In this document: positions 1 through 10,960 of the stretch, piece by piece | How the letters are laid out: each line of letters opens with the position of its first letter | How positions within the stretch are numbered: position 1 is the first letter of the stretch | Assembly: GCA_026936335.1 (NCBI GenBank) | Contig: JAPMXV010000031.1 | Span: forward strand, 62,001-126,000 | Direction of reading: 5' to 3' | Length of the DNA stretch: 64,000 nt | From: Mantamonas sphyraenae STR306 | Lineage: Eukaryota > Protista > CRuMs | Translations under genes and position numbers: made by a program | Notes under the pieces: model-generated | What the model was told of the DNA's origin: nothing | What the model saw: only the letters and a program-made list of their open reading frames with translations | Database searches by the model: none

Positions 1-3000
1 CCTGCGCGAGTTGCGGGTCGAGCCCGCTGCGCTTCCGCGCTCCACATCTCCCTCGTCGTCGGAATGGGAGTCCGTGTAGCCCGTAGTGCCGCACATGGCT
101 GTCTTTCGCACACGTGTTGCTTCCTCGTCTGCGTCGCGGAAGTTGCCCAGGCTCTTAATGCGCTTCGCAAGCATCCCCGCCAGCACAACGGCCACAAACA
201 TCAACACAGAGCCCCACAGCAGTCCACTCCACATCATGTACGCGCCTGGCGACAAATAGTTGCACAGACTGGCAAAGATGGCGTCAGCACGCGTCCCAAT
301 GAACGCACAGCTGCCGTATCGGTCGAAATCAGTGATCTTGGCAATCAGCGCCTCCACTTGCGCCTGCGCTGGTTCCACCAGTGCCGCGTTCAGCGAGGAG
401 ACCACTCCCTTTTGCATGACGGGAATGCCTGCTTCCAGATCGTTGGTTGCGTTTGTCAGCACCCCCACCTGTGCTGTGAGGTTCCCCAGCAGGTTGCCAG
501 ATTCAGACTCGTTCACCTTCAGGCGCTGCAGCGTGAACTCTGTCGGCAGAATCAGGTTCGTGTCAATTGCAATGATGTGGTTGCGAATATTTTCGATGCT
601 CAGGTTCAACTCGGCAATGGTTTCCACCACACTGCGATTCTTGGCAAGGGTCGTGTCCACCACAATCACAGCTGCCGTGAGCGACTCGTTGTTTGCCGAT
701 GGGTAGTTGCTCTGATTGAAGCTGGAATAATTTGCTGCGACAAAGGACACGTTGCAGCAGGGCAGCAGCACGCTGTTCAACCCCTGGAATGCTGCGTCAA
801 TCGCCCCGGACGAAAAGTTGAACGTGCCCAGCGAAATGTTGGCCCGTGCGGCGTCCAGATCCAGCAGGGTCTGCGTCAAGTTGAAGCCTGCACTTGTGGA
901 GAAGTTGCTGTAGCTGACGTTGATGGAAGACAGGTTCTGGTTGTTGATGTCGTCCACCTGCGAGCCAAAGTTGAACGACTGGGAGATGTTGAATGAGTTG
1001 GACGCGTTGAAGTTGAACGTCAGGTCAGAGGTGTTGAAGCGGTCGCCCACATCAAACGCCTCTGTGAGCCCTGCGCCGTTGCGGCACTTTGTAAATACGG
1101 TTATCATGCCACCTGCGGTGCCACCGGCGGTGCTGTTGCTGCTGTTGCTACTTCCTCCGCCAGCAGCGCCGCCGACCAGAGGGGTCACGACACCCTCGAT
1201 GTCGTTGGTCAACAAGCACACATCCTCGGTGACCATGGCCATGGGTGCATACACCAGGGCCTGGGCGTGGACGAGGATGAGGAAAAAGATGAGCACGGGG
1301 GCAACGACCACGTAGATGATGCCCAACTTGAGAAAGACGGCCACGCCTGTGACTGCAAAGGCAACCAGGATGGCAGTCCACATAGTGGTCATGGCGGCCA
1401 CGCGGTAGCCGTTGTACAGAAGAACCTGTGGGTTGTACTTGACTGCATCCTCCTTGTACTTGCCAGCTTCCTTGCTCAGACCGTCGAGGATGTTTGTGAT
1501 TCCCGACAGACTGGAGTTGACGCTCTTGGTCACGTCGTTAAAGGTGTTGTTGACATCGCGAGTGATGTTTGCGGTCTGCGAATCGACGTCGTCGAGGAAA
1601 GAGGCCAGCGTTTCGTTGATGTCACGCGTCACGTTCTTGGGGTCGGGCGTGCTTGCGAGACGGTTGAGGATGTCGTCAAAGTCTGGGGTAGAGGTGATGT
1701 TGGGCAGGTCACTGGCATAGGAGCTCGTGTCCGGGAGACCGCCGATCTTGTACTGGCCATCGGTGACGTTCCTGAAGGTGACATTCTTGATTTCCTCATT
1801 GAGAAGAATCAGCTCGTCACGTGTGAGGTTCAGGGCGCGCGAGACGTTGGCAGTGCCGTTCTTCATGCCGAGCACGAGATTGGTCATGTTGAGCATCTGG
1901 CCGTCGAGGATGCTGAGCGAGGCGGTGATGTTGCCAACCAGCGGGTCGATGGCGGCGCTGATGTTGGGGCGGATCTCCTTGGTTTTGGTGTCTGTGAGTG
2001 AGACCACAGAGTTCTGCGTGGTGGGCACGTCAACGTCGACCACGTTTCCCAGGTTTGTCTTGACGGTGTTGGTGAAGGCCAGGAGGTCGTCAAAGGTTCC
2101 GCCGGTGGAGCTTAGAGCCTTTTGGATGCCAAGGTCGACATAGGTGTTGCCTGAGAGGGCGGCTGAGGAGGCAAAGACGCAGCCGAGCCCGGCGGCTGCA
2201 AAGCCTGCAAGCGGCACCAGGACCTCTCCCTTGCTGTACTTCTCCAGTGGACGGCAAGCGTCGCAAGGCTTGGGTAGAAGGATCCATACCAGGTGGAAAA
2301 TCAACCAGATGATCGTGACGGCAAGGCCCACGGCGCTGATGATGGGTGGGAGCACGTACGCGCCGTAGCTTGTCGCGAGCGAGCTCACCGTGCCCATGGG
2401 ATCCGATCCAGCCTGGTTACCAATCACGGCGGGATCCAAAGCTCCGCCAGGGAGAAAGGTGGATGGCTTGAGGTTGGCTGTGGAGGAAGGAGGAAGGGCA
2501 GCCGGCGAGGAATTTGTGAGCAGGCATGGTTGGCACATCGTGTGTTTTTGACGAGTCATATCACATGGACATGCAGTGCGCAAGGGCTAGGACGTAGGAA
2601 AGGCAAAGTGCAGGGTCGCACATAAGCAAAGGAAGCAGGAAAGAGGGGAAAGGAGCGCAAAGACAAAGCGGGGCAAGGGGCCGTTTCCTGGTGACAAAAC
2701 GCGCGGCAGCGATGGTCCAAATGGATCGCCGGAAGCGTAAAACGTACTGCGGCCAAAGGTAGATGCGACAGTGCGCATAATGGCAACGGCGGCGTCCTTC
2801 CAGCCATCTGTGGTGGGCTGGTTCGGGATGTTATCGCCTGAAGCGGTCTGCAAGAGGCTGCGCTGGGCGGCGGTTTCCTGCGGCAAAACGGGCGGGTTTT
2901 GTCAGTGAGAAATGTCTCGTGCTGGCCAAGGGAAAAGCGCAGTGTTGGGGACACCTACAGACGACCCGATGACACTGCACACAAAGAGTGTGACAACAAG

Positions 3001-3045
3001 CAGTCGCAGGATGGCTGCTGTGCGGCGTCGGCTAGGATGTCGCAT
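1..3045 (-). CDS. Prominin/tweety-like pentaspan membrane glycoprotein (3' end runs off the window)
   Basis: Missing from the ORF track because no stop lies in the window. Hand translation gives a signal-peptide exon (MRHPSRRRTAAILRLLVVTLFVCSVIGSS), phase-compatible introns 2878-2958 and 2478-2747, then TM1-TM2 with a Cys linker (LLPKPCDAC), a large NxS/T-rich loop, TM3-TM4 ending EDVC, a second large loop with CRNG, and CAFIG..LCNYL before TM5. Confidence 0.7.
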
Positions 3046-3680
3046 GACGAGGAGTCGTTTGTGTGGGCAGAGTGCCGCGCTGCGCCGGTGCACCCAACAT
3101 CAAAGGGTCCACATCGCTCGGGTTCACCGCCCGAGAGTGAATGTGGGCATTGCAACGCTTTTAGGTGAAGCACCGAAGTCGTGTGGAGGCTGGCTCTGAG
3201 TAGCTTCGGCGAATGAGCCGGCGGCCCTCGGCTGCCCCTTTACGGTGTACGGTTCATCAGAACAGTTGCATGGCTTTGTAAAGCAAGGTGGGACGCAGTG
3301 TATCCCAAACATCGTTGAGCCGCTGCAGAGCCGGGTGTTGAGGGCGACGGTCTGGAGGTGCGCATGCGCATTTTCCGCGATGCACTCCGCCTCTCTGTGA
3401 ACGCGGCTCCGGTGGCACAGCACCCACCCACCATATATTCCATAGCCATCGGCAAACGCACTTAGCACATGTGCCTGGTGGTAAACCATATGGTTGACAT
3501 CCCTGCCTTTCACATGTCCTTTTCCCGCGACCTGGTCCGTGCATGTGCTCAAGTTCCGCCCCTCCTCCGTCCTCCCTCCCTCCCGCGGCCCCCGTGTACA
3601 TTCACCTCCCACCATCATCTCCATCATCTCTCGCCAACCAACCAACCATACGTTGTGTCAAATGGATTCATTATTGTTCT

Positions 3681-6600
3681 TTACATCGTCGGCTGAAAGG
3701 TCGGCACCGGATCTTCCTCGTTCTTCGCCACGGGCGCCATTTGCTGCTGTTCTTGCACGCCTGCTTCTGTGGTTGCAGGAGCTTCTCTTGCTGCTCCTGT
3801 CTCGGACAACGATGGCGTCGTGTCCACACTGCCTGTGCTCTCGACGGGCATCTTGATCTGGAACGTCAGATTTGACGATGCTTCCTCCGCAGCCTCCTCT
3901 GGCGCAGGCACTTGGGCTCGTTCCATCTGCTGCTGCTGCGCCGGTTGACCAGTTTCGTTGACCCCCTCCACCTCCATGCCCGTCTCCTCAATCGCCACGG
4001 TTGCCTCCGTCTCCGCCTGGGCAACAGGCACGGCGTCCAGGCCAGCCGCAGCGGTTCCGTTGCTCTCGCTCAGTTCGTTGCTCACACTCACCTCTCCCAC
4101 ATGCTCTGGGTCCATTTGCTCCTTCTTGCTGTTGCTTGCCAATTCTTCTCCCTGCACAGTGTTCGCCGTGGCTGCGCCGCTCGATGCTTCCACATCCATC
4201 CCATCGTCCACAACAGGAACTTCGGTACTCTCAACCACTGCACCGCCCACAGCCGCCTCTTCATCCTCCACTCGCTGCCGCTTCGCATCCGGTTGTGCGT
4301 CAACGCCGGCGATGCTCTCCTCGCGTGCCTGCTCCTCTGCCACCTGCTCCCCACCGTCTTCTCCATCCTCTGTCTCCATGTCTCCTCGCATGCGCTTGCG
4401 CATCACCTTGTCCACCTCTTCTTCCACGTTCTCGCGCAGCTTCCACGGCTCCGGATGCTTCTCGCCAAACAACGCCTCGTACACGTCGCACAACACCATA
4501 CGAAGCTCCACGTCTGGCGCACTGCTGTGGTTCAGCAGCTCAAAGACTGTGTCCATCAACGCCAAGTTCCAAAGCGTCTCTCGGTGGTACATCGAGTAGA
4601 TGTCCAGCTTCTCCGGCAGCTCGTCCTCTGGAATCGGTTCACGCACATTGTGTGTCGCCGCCTTGGAGTACTTGGACCACCGCGACTGCTTAACAATCAC
4701 AGGCTTGGGCATCTCCACCTTTTCCCGAAACATAAACAGCTGCACACGGTACGGCTTCAGCTGCGGATTGCGTTTTGCGACGTCGCTCAGCGTTGTCAGC
4801 GCCTTTGCAAAGCCCACAGCCACGCCCGGCACGCGCTCGGCGCCAATTTGTTTCAGGCAGAACATCAGCACGTCTCGGCTGTCTTCTCGCACCGCAGGGT
4901 TGTGTAGCGTCAACGCCACCAAGCATTCAAACGATGTCACGCGGACGTTGCTCGCGTGGCCGTACTTGATGTACTCGTGGAACACACTCGTGTCCAACGC
5001 CACGTCACGCAGCAGCATCATCGATGCAATTGTGCGCAGGCACGCAACAGTCACCACATGCCTGTGGCTTGCCTTCAGATTCTCCAGCGACAGGTATCGC
5101 GTCACCTGCTTTACAATCTCCCTGCTCACTACCTTGCTCACCGGACGCGTCTCTCCCAACGACTCTACAATCGTGGCCACCAGGTACGAGTCTGACACTT
5201 CGTTCTGCGAGTTGTCGTTGAACTTGAGCAGGTCCAGCAGAAACTCAATCACAACCGTCGGCGTGCGCCCATTGGCATCCCGCGGCCTCGACAGCCCTTG
5301 TACCATGCCCTTCTGCGTGTAGTAGTCCGCCAAGTCGGAAAAGTCGTTCGGCCGCAGGAATCCGTCCAGCGAAAAATACAGTCGTTTGTAGCCGTCCAGC
5401 AACACGTCCATGCCTCGGAATTGCGACTCGTACGTCGCACTTTCGCCCAAAGACAGCGCGGCTCGCTGCCGCACCCCGTAAAACTTTTTCGGGTCCATCA
5501 ACGCGTGTTCCAGGCCTGCAGCTGCCCCTTCAGTTGTAAACTCACGCAGAGCGTTGCACGCTTGGTACTGTGCCACCACGTCTTTGTCTCGTGTCAACTG
5601 CGCAAGCCACATAAACTCGGGCATGCCAAAGTCGATGCGGCCCAGCCACTCCAGGTTCGGATCCACTCGGATCCAGATCACAGGCGTGTCGTTTCGAGCA
5701 ATGGTGCGCTCAATCACCTCCTCGGCACGTCCCACGTGGTCGTAGTGGACATCTTTCAGGATCTTTTCCTTGTTCTTCTTGGTGTGGTTGCTCCAGTCCG
5801 TCTGCTGGTAGCACCCCTTAATTGTCGAGCTCTGGTCGCTAGTCTGCTCCCATTCGATCAGACGAACTGTGATGGTGCCCTTGAAAACGCGTCCGTTCAT
5901 GTGCGCCTCTTGGCGCAGGCCAAACTCGGTCTGGTTCTTCTTGCGGTTGTACCAGAACCCGCAGGCAAAGTACGCCACGCCGGCCTGGTGCACCCACAGG
6001 TCAAACAGGCCCTTCAGGTCCAACTGGAACAGCTGGTACACAGTCTTCATCCACAGCTTTTCCGACATGGTCGGGTTGCTGGCTTGGCCCTTGAGCAAGG
6101 TGCGCGAGATCTCCTGCACACTCCCGTCGCCCAGCTCCCGCTCCACAAGCTCGATCACCAGGGGTGACTTGAGCCGGTGCAGCTCGCTGCGAAACACTTG
6201 CACCGGATGGAGCACCAGACGTGCGTTTGTGCTGCTCAGCGGATGGAGCTGCGTGTCCAGGTCGGCAATGTACTGAATGAGCTTGTAGTGCCTCAACTTG
6301 AGCTCGGTCTCACCAAACAGCGTCTCCATGAAGCCTTTGGTCAGATACCCAGCCATTCCGCACACCAGCCACCAGTCGTTCCACGTTTTCATGCCCATGT
6401 ACAAGCCGAACCATTGGTACGCCACGCACCACACCAACGCCTCGCGCATCTCAAACACATTGTCCACCACCGTGTCGTCGATCAGCAAGTCCGAGCTCAC
6501 CAGGATTAGACTTGCAAACGGGGTCGTCTCGCTGGGGGTCTCCTCCACAAAGGCGATTTTGAGAGAGGAGAACGGGAACTTGCAGTCCAGATAGTCCTCG

Positions 6601-7906
6601 AAGAAGGCAATGGCCTTGGACACAAAGGACATGGTTTCTGCCAACTGATCGGAGGCCCCTGGCAGGGAAAAGTAGGTCAAGTAGGACAGGGTGCGGTCTG
6701 GAAACACGTCAAAGTTGGCCACCGTCAGCCCGATGGCGGACGGCACCACAGGCACCTCCTGTTCGTACACGTACGTTTTGCGCTTCTCGTCCTGGCTGAC
6801 AATTTGCTGTGTGAGCTCACCTGTGGCAATGACCAGCTGCGAGGAGTCTACCGTCACCTGGATCTCAAACGTGCACCTGTCCGTCGACGTGTCCACGCAG
6901 GGGAACCAATAACGTGCCGAGCCGGGGCAAAGCTGTGTGATGAGATCTGTGGCGGTGGGTGCGGGGAGGGCGAGGCATGGGGTTAGCCACGTGCACAGAA
7001 TGGCTGTGGGGAGGCGGCGGACGGAAACATAGTTGTCACGACGTCAAAGTGACTGTGCCGTGATGGGGCACTTGTGGCATGCAGAGTACGGGGAAGAGTG
7101 GGAAGAACGGGTGATCAAAGACAGGGCGGGTGTGTGATGTAAGGGCGGCGGAGGGTGCGCGAAGAAAGAAGCTTGGAGGTACGTACGAGGGTAGCGGTCG
7201 CGGTAAACCAGAGGGTCGGGGCGGACAAAGTGGACGCCGCCACGAGGCTTGACAAGGCTGTAGTACACGCGGATGGTGATGGGGGCCAGTTCGTCTTCGT
7301 CACCCTCTTTGGAAGGGAGGGCTGACGACGACGTGGCACTGCTGGTCATAAAGGCAGGTCGGCTGGCACTGCTGGGGATCTCGAATCCGAGCGCATTGGT
7401 TGCCGTCAAGGTGGCAGCCCCGGAGGAGGAGGAGGACGACGACGACGAATGCGTGCCCGCCGAGCCGGCCAGCGACGCACCACTGCGCAGGAACTTGGGG
7501 TCCACCGGGATGAGTAGATCCCCTTTGTCGCTCTCTTCGGCGGTGTAGATGAAGCGAGCTTTGAAGAAGCGCAGGTCTCGGCGGCTGCTTGTGACCACAG
7601 GCAGGTCGATGAGTGGCTTATGGGCATACGGAGCCGCTTCACCGTTGATTTCCACTCCGTCGATGGTCATTTGAGGGCAGTTGATTCGGAATGAGCTCAG
7701 CGACTTTGTCAAGGGCATGAACGTCAACTCGGACACACCCTGCACAAACGGAGAAGGGCAGTGCCATGGTGTCAGTCGCTGTGAGAGCACACTAAAACAT
7801 ACACACACGCAAAAACGGTTCAGGGACAACTTACAGCAAGGCGCTCCTGGAGCAGGTCCACGTCCAGCACAAGCTTCTGGTGCAGCAGCTTCCACTCGCG
7901 GCCCAT
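3681..7906 (-). CDS. TAF2: TFIID subunit 2 (aminopeptidase-N-like fold)
   Basis: Exon 1 is MGREWKLLHQKLVLDVD. Introns 7740-7834 and 6947-7186 join to give YPHLITQLCPGSARYWFPCVD. Also present: AYQWFG, WIRVDPNLEWL, QLTRDKDVVAQ, PNDFSDLADYY, LKFNDNSQN. Confidence 0.93.
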
Positions 7907-8000
7907 TGTTGTCCTGCCTGCGCCTGCGCAGCCATTGTCCACATCTTGTCCCCTTTCACACACCCCACACGCCTCTGCTACTCCCGGGAAACGGAAGGCC

Positions 8001-10214
8001 ATGTCATCATCATCGCCATCCTCTGTGCATCGGCGCAGGAAGCGTCGAATCGGCGCGGAGCGCAAGCAAGCGGCTCCTGCCTCACAGGAGGATGAGGAGC
8101 CATTGGACGCTTCTATGGACACCGCCGTGGTTGAGCCTCAGATCCAAGAGATCGAATGGCCGTTGGCCGTGCCCTTGGGCCTGTCCCTGGCCATGCTGCT
8201 CCTCTACCTTTCCACAATCCACCCGTCGGTGCCAGGTGGCGACGCGGGCGAGCTCATCGCCGTCTGCTGCCAGTTGGGCATTGCGCATCCACCGGGATAT
8301 CCCCTGTTTACAATGCTGGGTCACCTTTTCACTCTGCTGCCTTGGAACAGCCCGGCCTTCCGCGTCAACCTCATGTCAGCCGTTTGCGACGCCGCCGCCG
8401 TATTTTTCCTGTTCCAAGCAAGCTATGCGTGGGTTCCCAGTGTGCCAGGTGCCCTCATGGCTGCCGGGCTGTTTGGAATCTCTCCTGTCGTTTGGGAGTA
8501 TGCCTTGCAGGGTGAGGTCTTTGCCCTCCACAACCTGCTCATGGCTCTCCTTCTTCTGCTTACTGTCCGCTTCCTTCGTGAACAGCGCACGTGGCAAGCA
8601 GTCGTTGGCGCTCTTGTGTGTGGCCTCTCCATCAGCAACCAACACACGTCGGTGTTCTTTGTCTTCCCCTGCGTGCTGGCTGTGCTACTCAAGTTGCGAC
8701 CTCGACTTTCGGCGTCCTTCCTTGCCATGCTTGCGCTGTGCACCCTCCTCGGCGTACTCCCCTATCTCTATCTGCCCTGGGCTGCCACTCGCCATCCCCT
8801 CTCCTCCTGGGGCGACTTTACTTCTCTGCAGGGCTTTCTCAACCACCTTTTGCGAAAGGAGTACGGCACCTTTCAACTCGCCTCCGAGATGGGCCACACT
8901 CCAACCACGCTTTCCAACAAGCTGTCTGTGTACTACTCTCGCTACCTGCGCCGCGAGTCGCTTGGCACAGGACTAATCCTGGCTCCTGCTGGTGTCGCAG
9001 CTGCTACGATGGGTCTCGCTCCTTGGCCGGTCTCGGTCCTTCTTGTCGCCTGTCATCTGCTCTACGTGTTCGTCTTCAACGCCTTGTCTAATCTCCCCGT
9101 CGACACAGAGTTTTGGCTGGGCGTTCAGCTGCGCTTCTACCCGCAGCCCAACATGGTCCTGTTCCTGTTCACCGGACTGGGAGTCCACGGCCTGCTGAGG
9201 CTCCTCGGGGCTACCCGATCACGTACTCGTGCTGCCGACGAGAGAGACGACGCACAAGGTCGCCGTGCATGGTTCATGACTGCTGTAGCTTTGGTATTGG
9301 TGAGCGCGTTCCTGGTGTGGGGTGCGTCGACCGAGTACGGCGTGCAGGACCAGAGCAACAACATGCACGTGCGCGACTATGGCCGCTGGATCCTGGACAG
9401 CGTGCCGCCAAACTCGCTTCTACTGACCAAAGGTGACCTCATCATCAACAGTGTGCGCTACCTCCAACAGTGCGAGCACTATCGCACCGACGTGGTCACG
9501 ATCGACCAGGAGACCGCCAGCTACGACTGGTTTGTTCCCTCACAGTCGCCCAACCTGCCCAACATCACCTTTCCGGGCAAGGTGTATCACCCGTTCAAGC
9601 AGGGCGGCTTCAGCATGGCCCAATTCTTGCACGTGAACTTTGCCACGTTTGGCGGCCGTGTCTTTCTTGCAGGCGGCTGGAAGGACGGCGATCGATCGAC
9701 AGACAACCTGTACAAGCTTTTGTCGTGGGGCATGGTAAAGCGCATTGTGCCTGCCAATATCTACGCGGACACGGCCAAGATGGATGTGCTGCTGACAGAG
9801 GCTGAATCGGTTCTTCGCCGCACGGTGCGTCTGCCCACGCGTAGTTCATGGGCGCTTCATTTGGCCAAGTATCACAGTGGCAACTGGGAATGGGTGGCCT
9901 GGAGTGATCGTGCCGAAGCCTATCATGCATTGGGCTACGACCTGCTCATGATGGCCATTGGCAGGAACAACGACCAATCTCTGCTTCTGCGCTCCGCCGC
10001 CCTCATGGACCCTCTGGTTGCCCAACACCCAAGCCCCCCTTCCCACGTGCTCAAGAACATGGGAGTTGCTTTGTCACGCGTGTACGACGCCCAGCAGCAA
10101 AAGCGTGCTCGTGACATGTTTGCACGCTACCTTGACACCGTCGACGCGCGCAATGACAAGGATGCAGCCGCCATCCGCGATTTTGTCCAGCAAGCACCGC
10201 CTGCATCACCTTGA
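8001..10214 (+). CDS. TMEM260: TMEM260/DUF2723 GT-C protein O-mannosyltransferase
   Basis: PSVPGGDAGEL, GIAHPPGYPLFT, EVFALHN, SNQHT, HLLRKEYGTFQL; multiple TM segments and a helical C-terminus. First ATG at 8001. Confidence 0.92.
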   Translation: MSSSSPSSVHRRRKRRIGAERKQAAPASQEDEEPLDASMDTAVVEPQIQEIEWPLAVPLGLSLAMLLLYLSTIHPSVPGGDAGELIAVCCQLGIAHPPGYPLFTMLGHLFTLLPWNSPAFRVNLMSAVCDAAAVFFLFQASYAWVPSVPGALMAAGLFGISPVVWEYALQGEVFALHNLLMALLLLLTVRFLREQRTWQAVVGALVCGLSISNQHTSVFFVFPCVLAVLLKLRPRLSASFLAMLALCTLLGVLPYLYLPWAATRHPLSSWGDFTSLQGFLNHLLRKEYGTFQLASEMGHTPTTLSNKLSVYYSRYLRRESLGTGLILAPAGVAAATMGLAPWPVSVLLVACHLLYVFVFNALSNLPVDTEFWLGVQLRFYPQPNMVLFLFTGLGVHGLLRLLGATRSRTRAADERDDAQGRRAWFMTAVALVLVSAFLVWGASTEYGVQDQSNNMHVRDYGRWILDSVPPNSLLLTKGDLIINSVRYLQQCEHYRTDVVTIDQETASYDWFVPSQSPNLPNITFPGKVYHPFKQGGFSMAQFLHVNFATFGGRVFLAGGWKDGDRSTDNLYKLLSWGMVKRIVPANIYADTAKMDVLLTEAESVLRRTVRLPTRSSWALHLAKYHSGNWEWVAWSDRAEAYHALGYDLLMMAIGRNNDQSLLLRSAALMDPLVAQHPSPPSHVLKNMGVALSRVYDAQQQKRARDMFARYLDTVDARNDKDAAAIRDFVQQAPPASP

Positions 10215-10888
10215 AGATGAAGAGGAGGAGGATGAAGAGGAGGATGAAGAGGAAGAGGAGGACGGGGAGGAGGAGTCTGGAAACTGGTCGTCGAGCCGTC
10301 GCAGCACCTCCTGGTACTGCAATTGGGCCCTCTGAGTCTCCTCGTCTTCAGTGAGCACGGCCATACCCACGAAATTCCCCTGTGCGTCGTATTCACCCAG
10401 CTCAAACTCCATCAGCAGGTTGCAGCGAGGGCAATGGACGCCGGTTTTGGAAACTGAGAGACAACCATGTCAGATTTGTGATCCACCTGCTCACCTGCAC
10501 ACACACACACACACACACACACACTCCACATACAGCAATCAGAAAGACAGTTTGAACAAAATTCGTGCATGCACACAAGTAGGATGCGCCCAGGGTGGCC
10601 ATGTGCGTCCTCCTGGAAATCCGTCCAGCAGCGTCCACACGCCTCCCTGTGCACCAGAGGCTCATGGCCACATTCCGTGCACATGCCTCCGTGCAGGGTT
10701 GGCGGAGTGTATGCTTTACACTCGCACGATTCCTCCGTGCACGAGCCCGTGTACGTGCCCCTCCAGTAAACAAGCGGTTTCCCAAACACTGGGTGCTCAG
10801 GTAACTCCGAGTCAAACACCAGTCGCTTTGGAAGGGTCACCTTTTCAGAGACAACCGCTCCTTCGTCGTCGTTCAACTCCTTCTGCAT
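10206..10888 (-). CDS. RING-HC (C3HC4) zinc-finger protein, about 200 aa
   Basis: Removing intron 10454-10533 (GTATGT...CTGAC...CAG) gives CGRC..CMHEFCSNC..CPRC. There is an extra N-terminal Cys/His cluster and a poly-Ser tail. Spliced length is 603 nt. Confidence 0.8.
10498..10524. repeat. (CA)n microsatellite inside the RING-gene intron
   Basis: About 13 CA units seen directly. Confidence 0.9.
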
Positions 10889-10960
10889 CGACACGCGGGT
10901 TGGCAGCAACGTGGTGGGTGCGGCAGGGCAGTCACCCCAAAAACACTTGCCGCACCCACC

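Noticed and set aside
103-113. 11-nt GT..AG micro-intron explaining the prominin tail frame change
   Set aside because: All other introns here are about 80 nt or longer, and the same explanation fails at the myotubularin site.
64-2368. Plus-strand ORFs at the window start
   Set aside because: Antisense shadows of the minus-strand prominin-like CDS.
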